Assembly (NCBI RefSeq): GCF_018350175.1
Contig: NC_058368.1
Location: 54,004,001-54,068,000, forward strand
From: Felis catus
Taxonomy: Eukaryota
DNA length: 64,000 nt
Direction of reading: 5' to 3'
Shown: positions 25,450-37,092 of the stretch, one piece after another
Numbering within the stretch: position 1 is the first letter of the stretch
Layout of the letters: the number at the start of each line of letters is the position of its first letter
Position numbers and translations under genes: made by a program
The notes under the pieces: generated by a model
What the model was told of the DNA's origin: nothing
The model's input: only the letters and a program-made list of their open reading frames with translations
The model's database searches: none

Positions 25450-26400
25450 CTGTTGAAGAGAAAAAGAAATTGTGTGGTTTATATTTAAAGTGTGCACTCA
25501 CACACACACACAAAGTAGTAGAGTTGAAAGGAGAGAAAAAAGAGTAAAAGTTCATTGGAACCCTGTGATTTATAGGAAAAGGCTCAGCGAGCTCACATAA
25601 AAACCAAAGGGGGGAAGTGGTCGGACATTGGGTCAAATCTCCATTCAATGTTGTGTAATAAAAGGCTGACTGTAGGCTTTCAGCCTTGCTTCCAGTCATA
25701 GACAATGGCAATTGCAGAGCAAGACTAATAACAGGATTTAGCATAAATCCACCACAGGAAGTGAACAGTTGTACTGGCAAATAATTAGCCAGGAAACATT
25801 TTATAGCAGCATCAGGATGCGTCCGTGAGCTTTCAGACTCAATGCATTTGTGATCATGAAAACATAATTAGTTCTCGGTGATTGTAATTTTTGTGTGTGT
25901 TTGTTGTAGAATAGTTCTTTCCCCCTCCTTTCTTTTCACAAGCGGGCCTTATTTTTCCTGTCCTAATTTAGCAGCCCCAGCAAGGGTTTTGAAGTCTCAA
26001 GGGAGGGGTTTAGAATGTTCTCTTTTTTCTCCTGCTGATGCTTTTTTATTGCAAGGTGGATGGTGTTTATTTTGCACGGCTAACAAGTGAGTTCAAAGCA
26101 ACACGTTGCTCTTGAACTCCTGCCAGATTCCCAAAGCTGAAAGCCCCCCTGCCTGGTAGAGCCGACCTGTACTATCAAAGCCTGACTAATTTGCAAAGGA
26201 ATGTCAAAATGACTGGTGCACCGCATTTTCCACCACCCGCTTCATTTGACACTTAAAGGAAAGCTAAGTGGGAGTGTAAAAGGAAGGAAATTCATTCAAG
26301 GCAGCACACCCTATAATGTGAATTAATTTCACAAGAAAAATGGGAGCTCTCTGCTGAGTACTTCCCGTTTTCATCTTCTTTGCTCTTTCTTTTAGCTACT
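25450..26400. promoter_or_regulatory. Candidate enhancer (motif cluster in repeat-free DNA)
   Basis: TGTGGTT 25473, TGATTTAT 25566, CATAAAA 25596, purine-rich GGAAGTG 25606-25619, GTAATAAAA 25655, ACCACAGGAAGTG 25751-25763. Confidence 0.35.
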
Positions 26401-27299
26401 GTTTTAGTGAGGGCTGCTAATAAACATTATGTTTCTGTTCTCACATCATCCATATTAAGAGTAAATGCTGTCATTAGACTTGGCTCTGAAATTCTTTGTG
26501 TCAAAGTGCCTACATGAGGCTGCTTCATCTGATTCAGTCACACCACTTAAGCAGCAGCCCCATGAAGACAAACACTTGGTTCAGGCCAACATTTTTCTCC
26601 TTTCAACACTTTAAAAAAATCGTTTCAATCAGAACCAAGAGATCTATGTTTATGAACAAATACAAATTGTTGTCAGAGGATGCAAGACTGATGAAACAAA
26701 GTCCTGGATGGGACTTTTGAAGGTATAGTTCAGACATGATTGGAAATTCAATTCAGCTCACATGTGTATTAATGCTAAAACAAAGACCACAGAGTCAGAA
26801 AAGCCAAACACAAGACTTTGATTTGATTTAGTCGGATTTTAATCTCTGTGTCCTGATTGCATTTTATAATCTCAAACTTTATTTAAAATTTGTATTGAAA
26901 ATATGATATTCACGTATTCTCACCAAGTAAGATCATCTACGAATCATTTCCCTTGGCCCTAGAACTTCATTTAAGCTGATACCTGATTGTTCTCCCAATG
27001 CATTCGCATAATTTATATAAATTGCTATTGTTATCATCTAGGTGAACAGTAATCTCACCTTCAGCTTGTTCCCTGTGCTTGAGTTTTTACCATGAGTTTC
27101 TCTACTGTTACCCTTTGCCTGACATTGAACTGTGTATCTCAACATGCCTTATCTCTGTTACCAGAATATGAGGTAATCTGGAGGTAAATCTTCTGGCAAT
27201 GCCTCAGTTGCTTGGAAGTGAGTTACTGAGGTATGGTCAAGCTGTAGTTGTCTAAAACTGAGTGCGTGTCAAACTGAGTGCCATGATGCTGAAGGATGA

Positions 27300-27500
27300 A
27301 GGCCGTAGTCAGACAAACCCAGGTTTGGATTGCAACTGAAGCACTTAATGGTTATGTGAGCGAGACTAATTAATGAAACTTTCAAAGCCTTAACTTCCTC
27401 ATGTGTACAATGAGGCTGTTAATAGCGCCTACCTGGTGGCTTATTGTGCTCGGTGCTATTCATGTCAAATAGTAAGCACTCAATGAATATTAGCAATTGC
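27300..27500 (+). mobile_element. MIR SINE
   Basis: agtcagacaaacccaggtttg...ttcctcatgtgtacaatgag...agtaagcactcaatgaatattagc. Confidence 0.7.
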
Positions 27501-27559
27501 AAAATCATAGCACATTAGAAATGATATGCTGCAAGAATCAAGAATTTCCTCAAACACTC

Positions 27560-27741
27560 AGTTACCTGGGTGGCTCAGTTGACTGAGTGTCTGATTCTTG
27601 ATTTTGGCTCAGGTCATGATTCCAAAGTCATGGGATCAAGCCCAGAGTTGGTCTCCACACTGAGCATGGAGTCTGCTTAAGATTCTCTCTCTCCTTCTGC
27701 CTCTCACCCCACTCATGTGCTTGCTCGCTCCTTCTGTCTCT

Positions 27742-27793
<52 letters not shown>
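27560..27793 (+). mobile_element. Can-SINE (older subfamily) with (TAAA)n tail
   Basis: cctgggtggctcag head; tail expanded to (TAAA)n. Confidence 0.92.
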
Positions 27794-27794
<1 letters not shown>

Positions 27795-27809
27795 GAAACA
27801 TCTTTTCTT

Positions 27810-28300
27810 ATGGGACAGGAATCTAGAAGTAAGCCAGATTCCAGGTTTGGTGTGATCAAGTCTTCAGTTTTGTCTTGGCAATGCTGTTGGACCTCTTTTT
27901 TGGTTTAATTTTGTCCTCAGGCTGGCTCCCCTCACGGTTGCAAAATAGCTACCAGCAACAATTAAGATAGCCATCTTCTTTGTTCAAGTTCAGCAGAAGA
28001 GATAGGAGATAAAAGCCCTTCTTCAACCATTAAATAAAACTTCTCCTTATAGTATGACTGGGGACACCTTAACCTCAGTGCCCATCACATGAGGCATGAT
28101 GGCAGTCATCAGCTACCCTAATTATTTTAAGCCTGTTTTTCTGGGCCCATTTCTAGTAAGAGGGAAGAGATTTTCATGATGGCCTTTACCAATAAAGATC
28201 TCGCCCTGGATTTGAAGATGGTGATCATCTTTTCCCAAGGCACATAAGCTGAGACAGAAGGGTAGATGCATAAATCAATTTGGAGTCCTGTTAGGAAAAT
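27810..28300 (-). mobile_element. Old MaLR LTR (MLT1K/L-like)
   Basis: tcctcaggctggctcccctcacggttgcaaaatagctaccagcaac...ggagtcctgttagga. Confidence 0.5.
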
Positions 28301-28324
28301 TGAAAGGAATGATGGGGTCTATCG

Positions 28325-28760
28325 GTCAGTGTTCCAGGAGGACAGAAATGGTACACTAAACTGAATAGTTTAATAAAGTTCAAATTACAAAGGTGAGAGT
28401 ATGGTGTTTCTTTTAGTTAGCAACAGCCAGGAGCTGTTCCCATCCCTACACCTGAAGGAGGAGGGAGAGAAGTAGTGAGGGAAACCAGGAAATAGGAATG
28501 TGAACTGTATCAAGAGACTCAGACAGTACTCCAACCATCCTGAACAAGCTTGCAGGAGGTACTTACAGGGATTTTCTGCGGTATCACTCTCCTTCCATCC
28601 CTGATTTCCTTGCTGGTATCTCCTATTGGTGGAACGCAACCAGAAACCAGAGCACAAGGGAGTTTGTTGATGCAGGTCACAGAGGGCAGCCTCTGGGGAC
28701 ACAGGGCCAGGGAGAGAGACCAGTGAAAGATATCCAGGAGGGGAGGACAGAACTAGCAAC
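28325..28760. mobile_element. Old ERVL-class LTR (LTR33-like)
   Basis: ctcctattggtggaacgcaaccagaaaccagagcacaagggag...gatgcaggtcacagagggcagcctc. Confidence 0.5.
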
Positions 28761-29109
28761 TTCCTGGTAAGCAGCCAATAGATTGCCTATTTTTTCTGTA
28801 AGATGGAATGAAAATGAAAAGAGAGAAAAAGGGAGAAAAGGAGAAATTGAAGTATTAAAGAAGAGTGGACGTCTGGGGAGGAGAGAGAAAACTGCACAAT
28901 GAACAAAACAGAAACAGATTGGAAACCCAAAACTTAAACACAATGCTAAAAGTGTACATACTTTGCTAAGCAGAAATGGAAGAATATTTTCAGCAGTTAG
29001 GGAAGACAATCAGAAACACTCTGCTGGAAGGAAATGCATTAATTCATTTTGCAAAGATTTTTTTTACATGCCCACTCTAAAAGGAACTACAAGAAGGTAC
29101 TTAAAAGCT

Positions 29110-29320
29110 GGAATTTGGGGCTAGTTTCTCTGGTTTCAAATTCTGAAAGTGCCATTTACCAGCCATGCGACCTTGGGCAAATGACTTCATCTCTCTGTGT
29201 GTCCACGTCCCCATCTGTTAATGATACCTCTCTGACAGGACTGTTTGAAAGTTACATGAACTAAAACGGGTAAAAGCACTTTGAATTACCTGATACGTAC
29301 TAAGTATAGGATAGATGTTT
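29110..29320 (+). mobile_element. MIR SINE
   Basis: gccatttaccagccatgcgaccttgggcaaatgacttcatctctctgtg. Confidence 0.75.
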
Positions 29321-29329
29321 AGCCTTTCT

Positions 29330-30990
29330 TGTGACCTTGTATCAGGCCCTATGTTAGGTGTTCTTTTAAATCTCATCATCACAGGGCTTACTTTCTAGTA
29401 GAGGGATATAGGGTCTAAATAAATAAGCTCAATAAAATGTTGTACATGGTATGATGAAAATTTATAGCCATATACAGATGGGTCAGAGGAAAAAGTGGCC
29501 AGTTGGTTTAGATGAGACATTTAGACAGTGGTAATCTTTGATTTGAGCCTTCAATAAAGATTAGGTGTTTGCCAGGCAGGTTGGGGCTTGGGGAAAAAAA
29601 GCATTTCAAGCGAATGTTACACAAACAAATATATAAAGACTTGAAAAGAAAATGGGATCTTTGAGCAACTGAGTATTGGAGTTGGGGGAAGAGGGAGGAA
29701 GAGAGGAGGACATGGTGTAAAGGGTGTAACTAAATGGGAGGACACACTGAGGGAGGATGTCTTATATGTGATGCTAAAGAGATTGCCATCCATAGCACCC
29801 CCCTTTTATCCTCAAAACACTGAGAAGATGGGGGAGTTTTTACAGCAGGAGTGTGATCCAGTCAGATTTGTATATAGAAAAAATGCAGAGTGGTTGGTGG
29901 AGACAGCATTGTGACTGCTCTTGGGGGTGTGGAGAGCACAGGTGGGGATACCAACATTGCAGATAAGAGATGCTGATAGTTGGGACCAGGATGCTGGTGG
30001 TGAAAAGTCAGTGGATTCAAGCAATATTCAGTAGGTGAAGTCAATGCCTTGATGACAGATTGGATGAGGATGGGGGAGACGTGGGTTAAGGATGATGCTC
30101 AGACGATACTGAGAGAAGAACAGGACTGGGAAGACCAAAATGTTGTTCTGCCATGTTGAATCTTTTGGTGCCTTTGAGAAGTGAAGAGGAGATAATAGTC
30201 AAAGGATAGCAAATATCAAATATGAGTGTAAGCCTCAGAGGAGAGATTTGGGCTAGAAGTAAATGTTTGTGCATCAATTTTGCATAGCTGATAGCTGAAT
30301 TCTTAACGCATGAATGAATGGGGGCGGGGAGAGGAGAGAGAGAGAAGAGGAAACTGTCTGCACTAAGGGTCTACATCTACAGATAAGTAGAGGAGAATGA
30401 TCCTGCTAAAGATCAGGAAAGGAGCAGCTAGAGAGGAATGAGAAATTCTGGGAGAGGGTCATCTACAGGCACTAAGTAAAGTGAAGTTAGAAAAAGGTTC
30501 ACAGAAGAACCTTGCAGATGATCAATGGAGAGAATCGGACAAAGTGCCATCAGACAGTACTATGGAAGCCAAGGGAGGAGAGAACTGCAAAAGGAATGAA
30601 CTGGCCAAGAGTTTAACAAAAATCATACCCAGCACTGATTGTGTGCTTATGTCTGTCAGGTGTTTCATCTAATTCTCCAGCAACCCTATGTAAAGCACAT
30701 CTGTAAAAATGAACTTCATTTCACAGATGAGCAAACTTAATCACAGAGAATCAAATAATTCACCCATGATGACACAGCTTCTAAGTGCTAAATACAGAAT
30801 TGGAACCCACACGGACCCGATTCTAGAATCTGCATGCAGTGTTATTTCTCTGTTGCTGCCAAGAATCCTATGATTTGAGCTATCAAAAGGTTATTGGTGA
30901 TCTTTGTCATAACAGTTTCTTTGGTGCATTACAAACAGAAGCCTCAGGTATATTGGGTTTTTTTAAAAAGCACAGACAGTGAAGAAATGA
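29330..30990 (-). mobile_element. Long L2 LINE fragment (with an internal MIR at ~30620-30830)
   Basis: Purine-rich antisense L2 text, e.g. gcaggagtgtgatccagtcagatttgtat, gtggattcaagcaatattcagtaggt. Confidence 0.7.
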
Positions 30991-31029
30991 AATCAGCAAC
31001 GAATTTTGTAACTAAGAAACATAAGCATC

Positions 31030-31390
31030 GCGAACTCTCAGAATAGGGAAATTATTAAATACATTGTGAAATGACACTGTGATAAAATATTGCAAAGCTG
31101 CTAAATTTAGGTTTTTGAAGAATGTTTCCTGATATCATATACTCACATCTCAATACCAAATTTTAAAAGTAGAATAAAAAATGATATGCATGTTGTGATC
31201 CCAGTTATCAAAAAACACATGAACATTTTCATGTAAATGAAATTCTAAGATATATTAAAAATACTCATTTACTCTGGGTGGTATAATTTGGGGTCATTTT
31301 CATTTTTTTTAATGTGCTCATCATTTCTATTTTCTCTACAGTGAATATGTATAATTGTTATAACAAGAGAAAGTGATAACAATTATTTTA
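31030..31390 (+). mobile_element. Old L1M 3' end (L1ME-like)
   Basis: aatagggaaattattaaatacattgtg...ttctctacagtgaatatgtataattg. Confidence 0.55.
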
Positions 31391-31489
31391 TAAGGGCTAT
31401 TTTTATTTACTGAATTTTTGTGTTAATTTTCTATATAATTTATGTGTGTGTGCACATACACAAACTTATTCTGTACTACATTTCATCCT

Positions 31490-31724
31490 TTTATTTTTTT
31501 TAATGTTTATTTTTTAAATTTTTTTTAATGTTCATTTATTTTTGACAGAGAGACAGTGCAAGTGGGAGAGGGGCAGAAAGAGAAGGAGACACAGAATCCA
31601 AAGCATGTTTCCAGGGTGCGAGCTGTCAGCACAGAGCCTGATGTGGGGCCTGAACCCAAGGACCGTGAGATCATGACCTGAGCTGAAGTTAGATGCTTAA
31701 CCGGCTGAGCCACCCAGGTGCCCC
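31490..31724 (-). mobile_element. Can-SINE
   Basis: TSD tacatttcatYctttt. Confidence 0.95.
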
Positions 31725-31924
31725 TACATTTCATTCTTTTAAAGATGACCCTGAGATAATTGGGAGAAAAAAATGTTTTTCTACTTAGTCACTAAGGAAT
31801 AAAAAGTGCCTAATGTTCTTCTAAGAGATTTCTTTTTTTCAGGAAAAGGTTAATATTATTTAGAATCACCAATTACAACTGAAGCTTCAGTTATGGTTAA
31901 AGTTCGTTTAAGTGCTGCATGAAT

Positions 31925-31938
31925 TTTGTTTTGTTTTT

Positions 31939-31978
<40 letters not shown>

Positions 31979-32161
31979 AACAGAGGAGAGAATGCAAGCA
32001 AAGGAGGGGCAGAGAGTGAGAGGGAGACACACAATCCGAAGCAGGCTCCAGGCTCCGAGCTGTCAACACAGGGCCCGATGCGGGGCTGGAACTCAGAAAC
32101 CGCAAGATCATGACCTGAGCTGAGGTCGGACGCTCAACCGACTGAGCCACCCAGGCGCCCC
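31925..32161 (-). mobile_element. Can-SINE with long (GA)n
   Basis: TSD agtgctgcatgaatttt / agtgctggatgagtttt. Confidence 0.95.
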
Positions 32162-32779
32162 AGTGCTGGATGAGTTTTAAGGGCCGGCAATGGGATAGCA
32201 AGATGAAAAGATAATGCAGTTATCTCTAAAGGGCTCGCAAAAATGTGAACAAATGTGAACACAGATGTAGATGTGCACATATACCTACATGGCTGGATTG
32301 GAAGTGGGATGAGCATTGAGGAGTCAGGGAAAAGGTCAGAGCTCAGAATGGCTCGTGAGTGGAACTTGAAGGCTGGGTAGTAGCTCGCGATTCTACTGCG
32401 TAGTGTGCATATATGATGTGTTCTGGAGATGGTGCTGTATCTGGTGAGGACTTGGGCACATCGGAAGGTGCAGAATGAGATGAGCCTGTATTTTCATGTT
32501 ACGAAGTGGGACTTACGCACCGTACACAGTGAACAGACACTACCAGACTTTAATCACCAAATTCGATGACTGCAGATTTTCATTACAGAAAGAAAATTCT
32601 AGCGGCACTAAAGAAGGAAACTGGGGACAGACAATGTTCTCTGAGGATGTTCTCTGAGACAGAGAGAGAAAGGGCCTGAATCAGGATCCTGGCGTGAGAT
32701 AATGTAATAAAGGGGACCCATTTGGAAGACGTGTCTTAGTCAACAAACATGTTTGGTGAATAAGGCCATGGGAGAAGTT

Positions 32780-33580
32780 AAGGGCGCACTGCTTTCCTAC
32801 TCAATCCATGCTTCCTAAGAGATGTCCTTCACCCATGGTCAGCTGTCACGTATCTGTTTATATCTTTCAAACACATATCTTCAGGATGGCTGCACATCAT
32901 CCAGCATCTACCTGTTGTAACCAGCTGGATGTCCCATAAGCGTTTCAAAGTCAACAGACTGGATTAAAGCAGAACTTATAAACTTCCCCTCCAAATATAT
33001 TTCTAGATACACTCCGTTGCTTAAAAGGTGGTATCTCCCTGGAGTCTCCATGAGTCTTTTACTTGCCTCCACCCTTCCACTTAATCACCAAGTCTGGCTG
33101 ATTTTGACCCTTGAAATATATTTTTTTCCAAATCTGCCCTTGCCTTTCTGTCAATACTATTGCTATCTCCGGGTCATCCATTTCCTTCAACTCCCCTCCT
33201 TCCTTTATTCCATCCAGTTCATCAAAACCTCGTTCCAATTTTGTCTCCTAAAGATTCATTTTATTTCTATCTTGGTTCAGGTCATCACCATTTCTCAGTT
33301 TTATTAAAATAATAAAGTAATAGTTAAAATGATGCTTTGTAATCTCCTCACCAGTTTGGTTCCTCAGCAAATTTCACCTAGCCTATTAAGGCATGTATAA
33401 CCGGCCTCTCTGCTTCCCATTCAGGCCATTCTCCACCACCCCTTCCCCAGGCAAGCCATCTAAAACATGATTTGCCCATGCCACACCTCTGCTTACCACC
33501 TTTCATGGTCTGTCACCAACACTATGAAGGCCAAGATTTTAGCAGGGCTGACAGTGTTCTCTAAGCCTCCACCTCCTTCT
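32780..33580 (+). mobile_element. L2 LINE fragment
   Basis: ctggatgtcccataagcgtttcaaagtcaaca...tttgcccatgccacacctctgctta. Confidence 0.65.
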
Positions 33581-34001
33581 CCCCACCAACTCCCACTGCT
33601 CCCGTTTTCACTAAGTAGTTTCTAATTACATACATTAGCATAACCATAAATACAAGTTTCCAAAATCAAAACTATTTAGTCATTTCCTGTTCTTTTATGC
33701 ACAACCTGTGGTTCTTCAATACCTCTAATTATTGAATTAGAATATATTACCACATTCTCTACAGAGCATACAGTAGTCCAGTATTCTTGGATAATCATAA
33801 TTACAAATGTAGTCCTAAAGTTCTGTATTAAGATACTGAATCTTTAATGGCATTTCCACGATTGAATTATGGAACAATTACTATGGCTTAAGTTTATCTG
33901 GTTTATCCTCAACCCTGGCAAATAATGATAGCTGTAAATAGTGATGATGATGATAGCTACCATGTATTGAGGACCAGCAGTGTCTCAGCTGTTAGTAAAT
34001 A

Positions 34002-34340
34002 CAGTTGACTCCAACAGTGCGGGGGTTAGAAGCGCCAAGCCCTGTGCAGTTGAAAATCTGCGCATTACATTCAACTCCCTAAAAGCTTAACTGCTAATAG
34101 CTTACTGTTGACTGGAAGACTTTATCAATAGCATAAACAGTTGATTGGCACATCTTTTGTATATTATATGTATTACATACTGTTTCCTCTCAATAAAGTC
34201 AGCTGGAGAAAAGAAAATGTTATTAAGAAAATCAGAAAATAGAGAAAATACATTTCGAGTGCTCTACTGTATTTATTGGGGAAAATCCCCATGTAAGTGG
34301 AGCCATGCAGTTCAAACCCATGCTGTTTAAGGGTCACCTG
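34002..34340. mobile_element. Non-autonomous Tigger2/MER8-type DNA transposon inserted in a MIR
   Basis: TA target duplications at 34000-34001 and 34341-34342; termini cagttgac... / ...gggtcacctg. Confidence 0.85.
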
Positions 34341-34809
34341 TACTTTGTCCACGTTATCTCAACAGTTCTCAAAGTATATATTATTGTCTCCATTTTACAG
34401 ATGGATAGACTAAGTCTAAAAGAGCCCCAGCTTCTTCCACAAAACAGTAATGCCAAAGTGAAGATTCAATCTCAAATCTGATTCCAAAGGTCACTCTTGC
34501 AATCATGAGACAACATTTAACAAGAGTTTGTTAAATGTGTGAATAATTACATTAATTATAATAACAAAGTATATAAAGTTATCTTTAATTCTGTGCTTAA
34601 ATTCATGCTTTATTTTTACCAGCTTGTGCAAAAACAGTTGCCAATGCTTAAACACTTACAATAATGTTCAAAGGATAGCAACATAATATCTTTGCAGTTG
34701 GCTGTAGAGTTTACACTTAAGTTAATTGCATGTCAAAAAAAAAAAAAAAAAAAAACAACTCTAAACATACCTGGGTGTCTGCCGGTGCTGATCCTCATGG
34801 AAGCTTCCT

Positions 34810-35095
34810 GCTATTATAAACTTCCTCAGGGGAGACTGCCTTCCCCCCATACACATTAGGTTAGACCCCCCACTCCTTGTACTATGTTGCAAGCCCTGGT
34901 CTTCTTCTATCATCCAATTTTTAAAAATTATAACTTATAAGTTTTTCTGTAATTATTTCTTCAGGAATATCTCCCACAGAGAGATAAGAAGCCCATGGCT
35001 GGAGGGAACCGGTCTCTTCTTTTCATTGTCTCCTATCATCTAGTCCTGTGCCTGGCACAAGCATTTGCTTTGCACCTGTCAGATGAATGAATGCA
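34810..35095 (+). mobile_element. L2 3' end
   Basis: Ends ...tgtgcctggcaca...tgaatgaatg. Confidence 0.6.
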
Positions 35096-35965
35096 TGCAC
35101 AAAAATGGCAAGGAATACAGATATGTGAAAATCCTTTCAATGTTAAAAATCATCAAACACGGATCACAGGAACTGAGGAATGGGAGCTGTTGAAAGAGGT
35201 AAATATCCAATTTCAGAAGACCACGAGTGCCATGCTAAAGAGTCATAAACAGTAATTAGCAGGAAGTACAATGACTAACACAGTGTGTTGATTATAGCAG
35301 TCTTACGATGGAAAATAGTAAATGATCAATTTGATTACTTTAAGTTCCTAGTTACATGAGCTGGTTGTTTAATAGCTAAACAATAATTCAGAAAATTCGC
35401 CTGATGATTACCACATATGTTTTCACTTACTGCTTTGTAAATAAAAACCTTAACCACATTTAAGCTTTCTCAAAGACACCATCCACATTACTCTCTCGTA
35501 GAACTCTCTGTGCTCATGACATAAAGGGGCTTTGCAGTCACAACTCCCCATCTTACAACTTCTGCTGTGGCTGACATAAAATGAAACTAGGGAAGAGAGT
35601 GTGATCCAAAATTAAACAGGAGGCATTACATTTTCCATCTAAACAGTGCCCTAGTTCAATGTATGGCTGATAGGAAAGGTACATGTGCAGCAAGCCTCAC
35701 TTTCTTTGCTTCAAAAACTAGCAGTCATAAATTGAAAAACATCTCATGAAGTCCAGTAACTTAATTTTTTAACTGGTACATTTTTATCATCATGTAAAAA
35801 CCGATGATCATAGGGAAAAAAAACTAACTTGTGAAGAGCATGAGCTTCTCATGTAGAAAATTAATTGCCACATTCAAAACCACAAAATTATGTGTATGAT
35901 CTACAACAAGGCAGTTGTTTCCCAGGCCCTCATGTGGTTCAGCTTTATAACACCCCATTGCCTTT

Positions 35966-36515
35966 TATGGGAGCCAGCCTCCCAAATGGTCTCCAGTGAT
36001 CTTCACCTGTTGGAGTTCACAGCTGTCTGTAGGCCCCTCTCACATTGTACTATGGTAAGTCTGTGACCAACAACATACAACAGTAGTAATGGTATGTCCC
36101 TTTTGAGATTAGGTTATTAAAAAGACTGCGGCTTCTTAGATGATGATGCCTTTTCCTTCTCCTCCTCTTCCTTCTCTGTCTCTGTCTCTCTGTCTGTCCC
36201 TCATCTGGAATCACCCAGTTGCCATTAACATTAAATCAGCCTATGAGGAGGCCAAGATGGCAAGAAACTAAAGTCTCTGGCCAACAGACAGTGAGGAGGT
36301 GAAGTCTGCCAATAACCATGAAAGTGAACTTGCATCTAGATCCTTCGACCTGGTCAAGTCTTGAGATGACTACAGCACCAGCTGGCATCTTGACTGTAAC
36401 CTCTAGAGAGACTCTGAGCCAGAAACAATCAGGTATGTTTCCAGATTCCAGCCCCTCGGGAATTGGAGGTAATAAGTGTTTTAAGCTGCTAAGGTTAAGC
36501 ATAATTTCTTACACA
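35966..36515 (+). mobile_element. MaLR solo LTR (MLT1F-like)
   Basis: gagccagcctcccaaatgg...gagatgactacagcacc...gttttaagctgctaagg. Confidence 0.8.
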
Positions 36516-37027
36516 GCACCTACCTCAGAAAATTCTTATGAGGGTAAAATAAGAGAAAGTACTTAGAAAAATGAAAATTAAAGTGCTATCCTAAGGTCAA
36601 CACATCATCCCGGCTAATTCCATTTCCCACTAACTCTAGTAATAGACACAGTGTCTCAAGTGTCTGAAGAGAGATTTCTGCATAACAAAGTCAGCTATGG
36701 ACATGTTCTCCTCAAATCTCGTAAAATAAAAGGTCTCTGAAATATCACCAGCTGTGTTCATTATTACAGCCAGCCTAAAATTCACTCTGTTCTGCCTTCC
36801 TTTAGTGAAAATTAAACTATAGTAATTTGTTTTTATAAGAAATTTTCTTAATGTTTACTTTTCCTCACTAAAGGGATACTACTTTTTAGCACTAAGAAGA
36901 TAATCCTGCTGGGAATAAAAAATACCAATGTTACATTCATAATTTTAGCATTCACTTTAAAAGCGATCCAGTGTGTGAGTGACCATCACATATGTATAGC
37001 CAGAGATGTCCCCCAAGAAATACTTAC

Positions 37028-37092
37028 CTTTTGAAGAAGCTAAAATCTTGGCATTGTTCTTCCAAACTGAAACTGGTAATAGCCCTAATAGC
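37028..37092 (-). other. Candidate internal exon (65 nt) of an unidentified transcript
   Basis: Minus strand: acceptor tttctttctttcctacag, donor AAG|gtaagta; unique sequence; two of three frames open. Confidence 0.45.
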
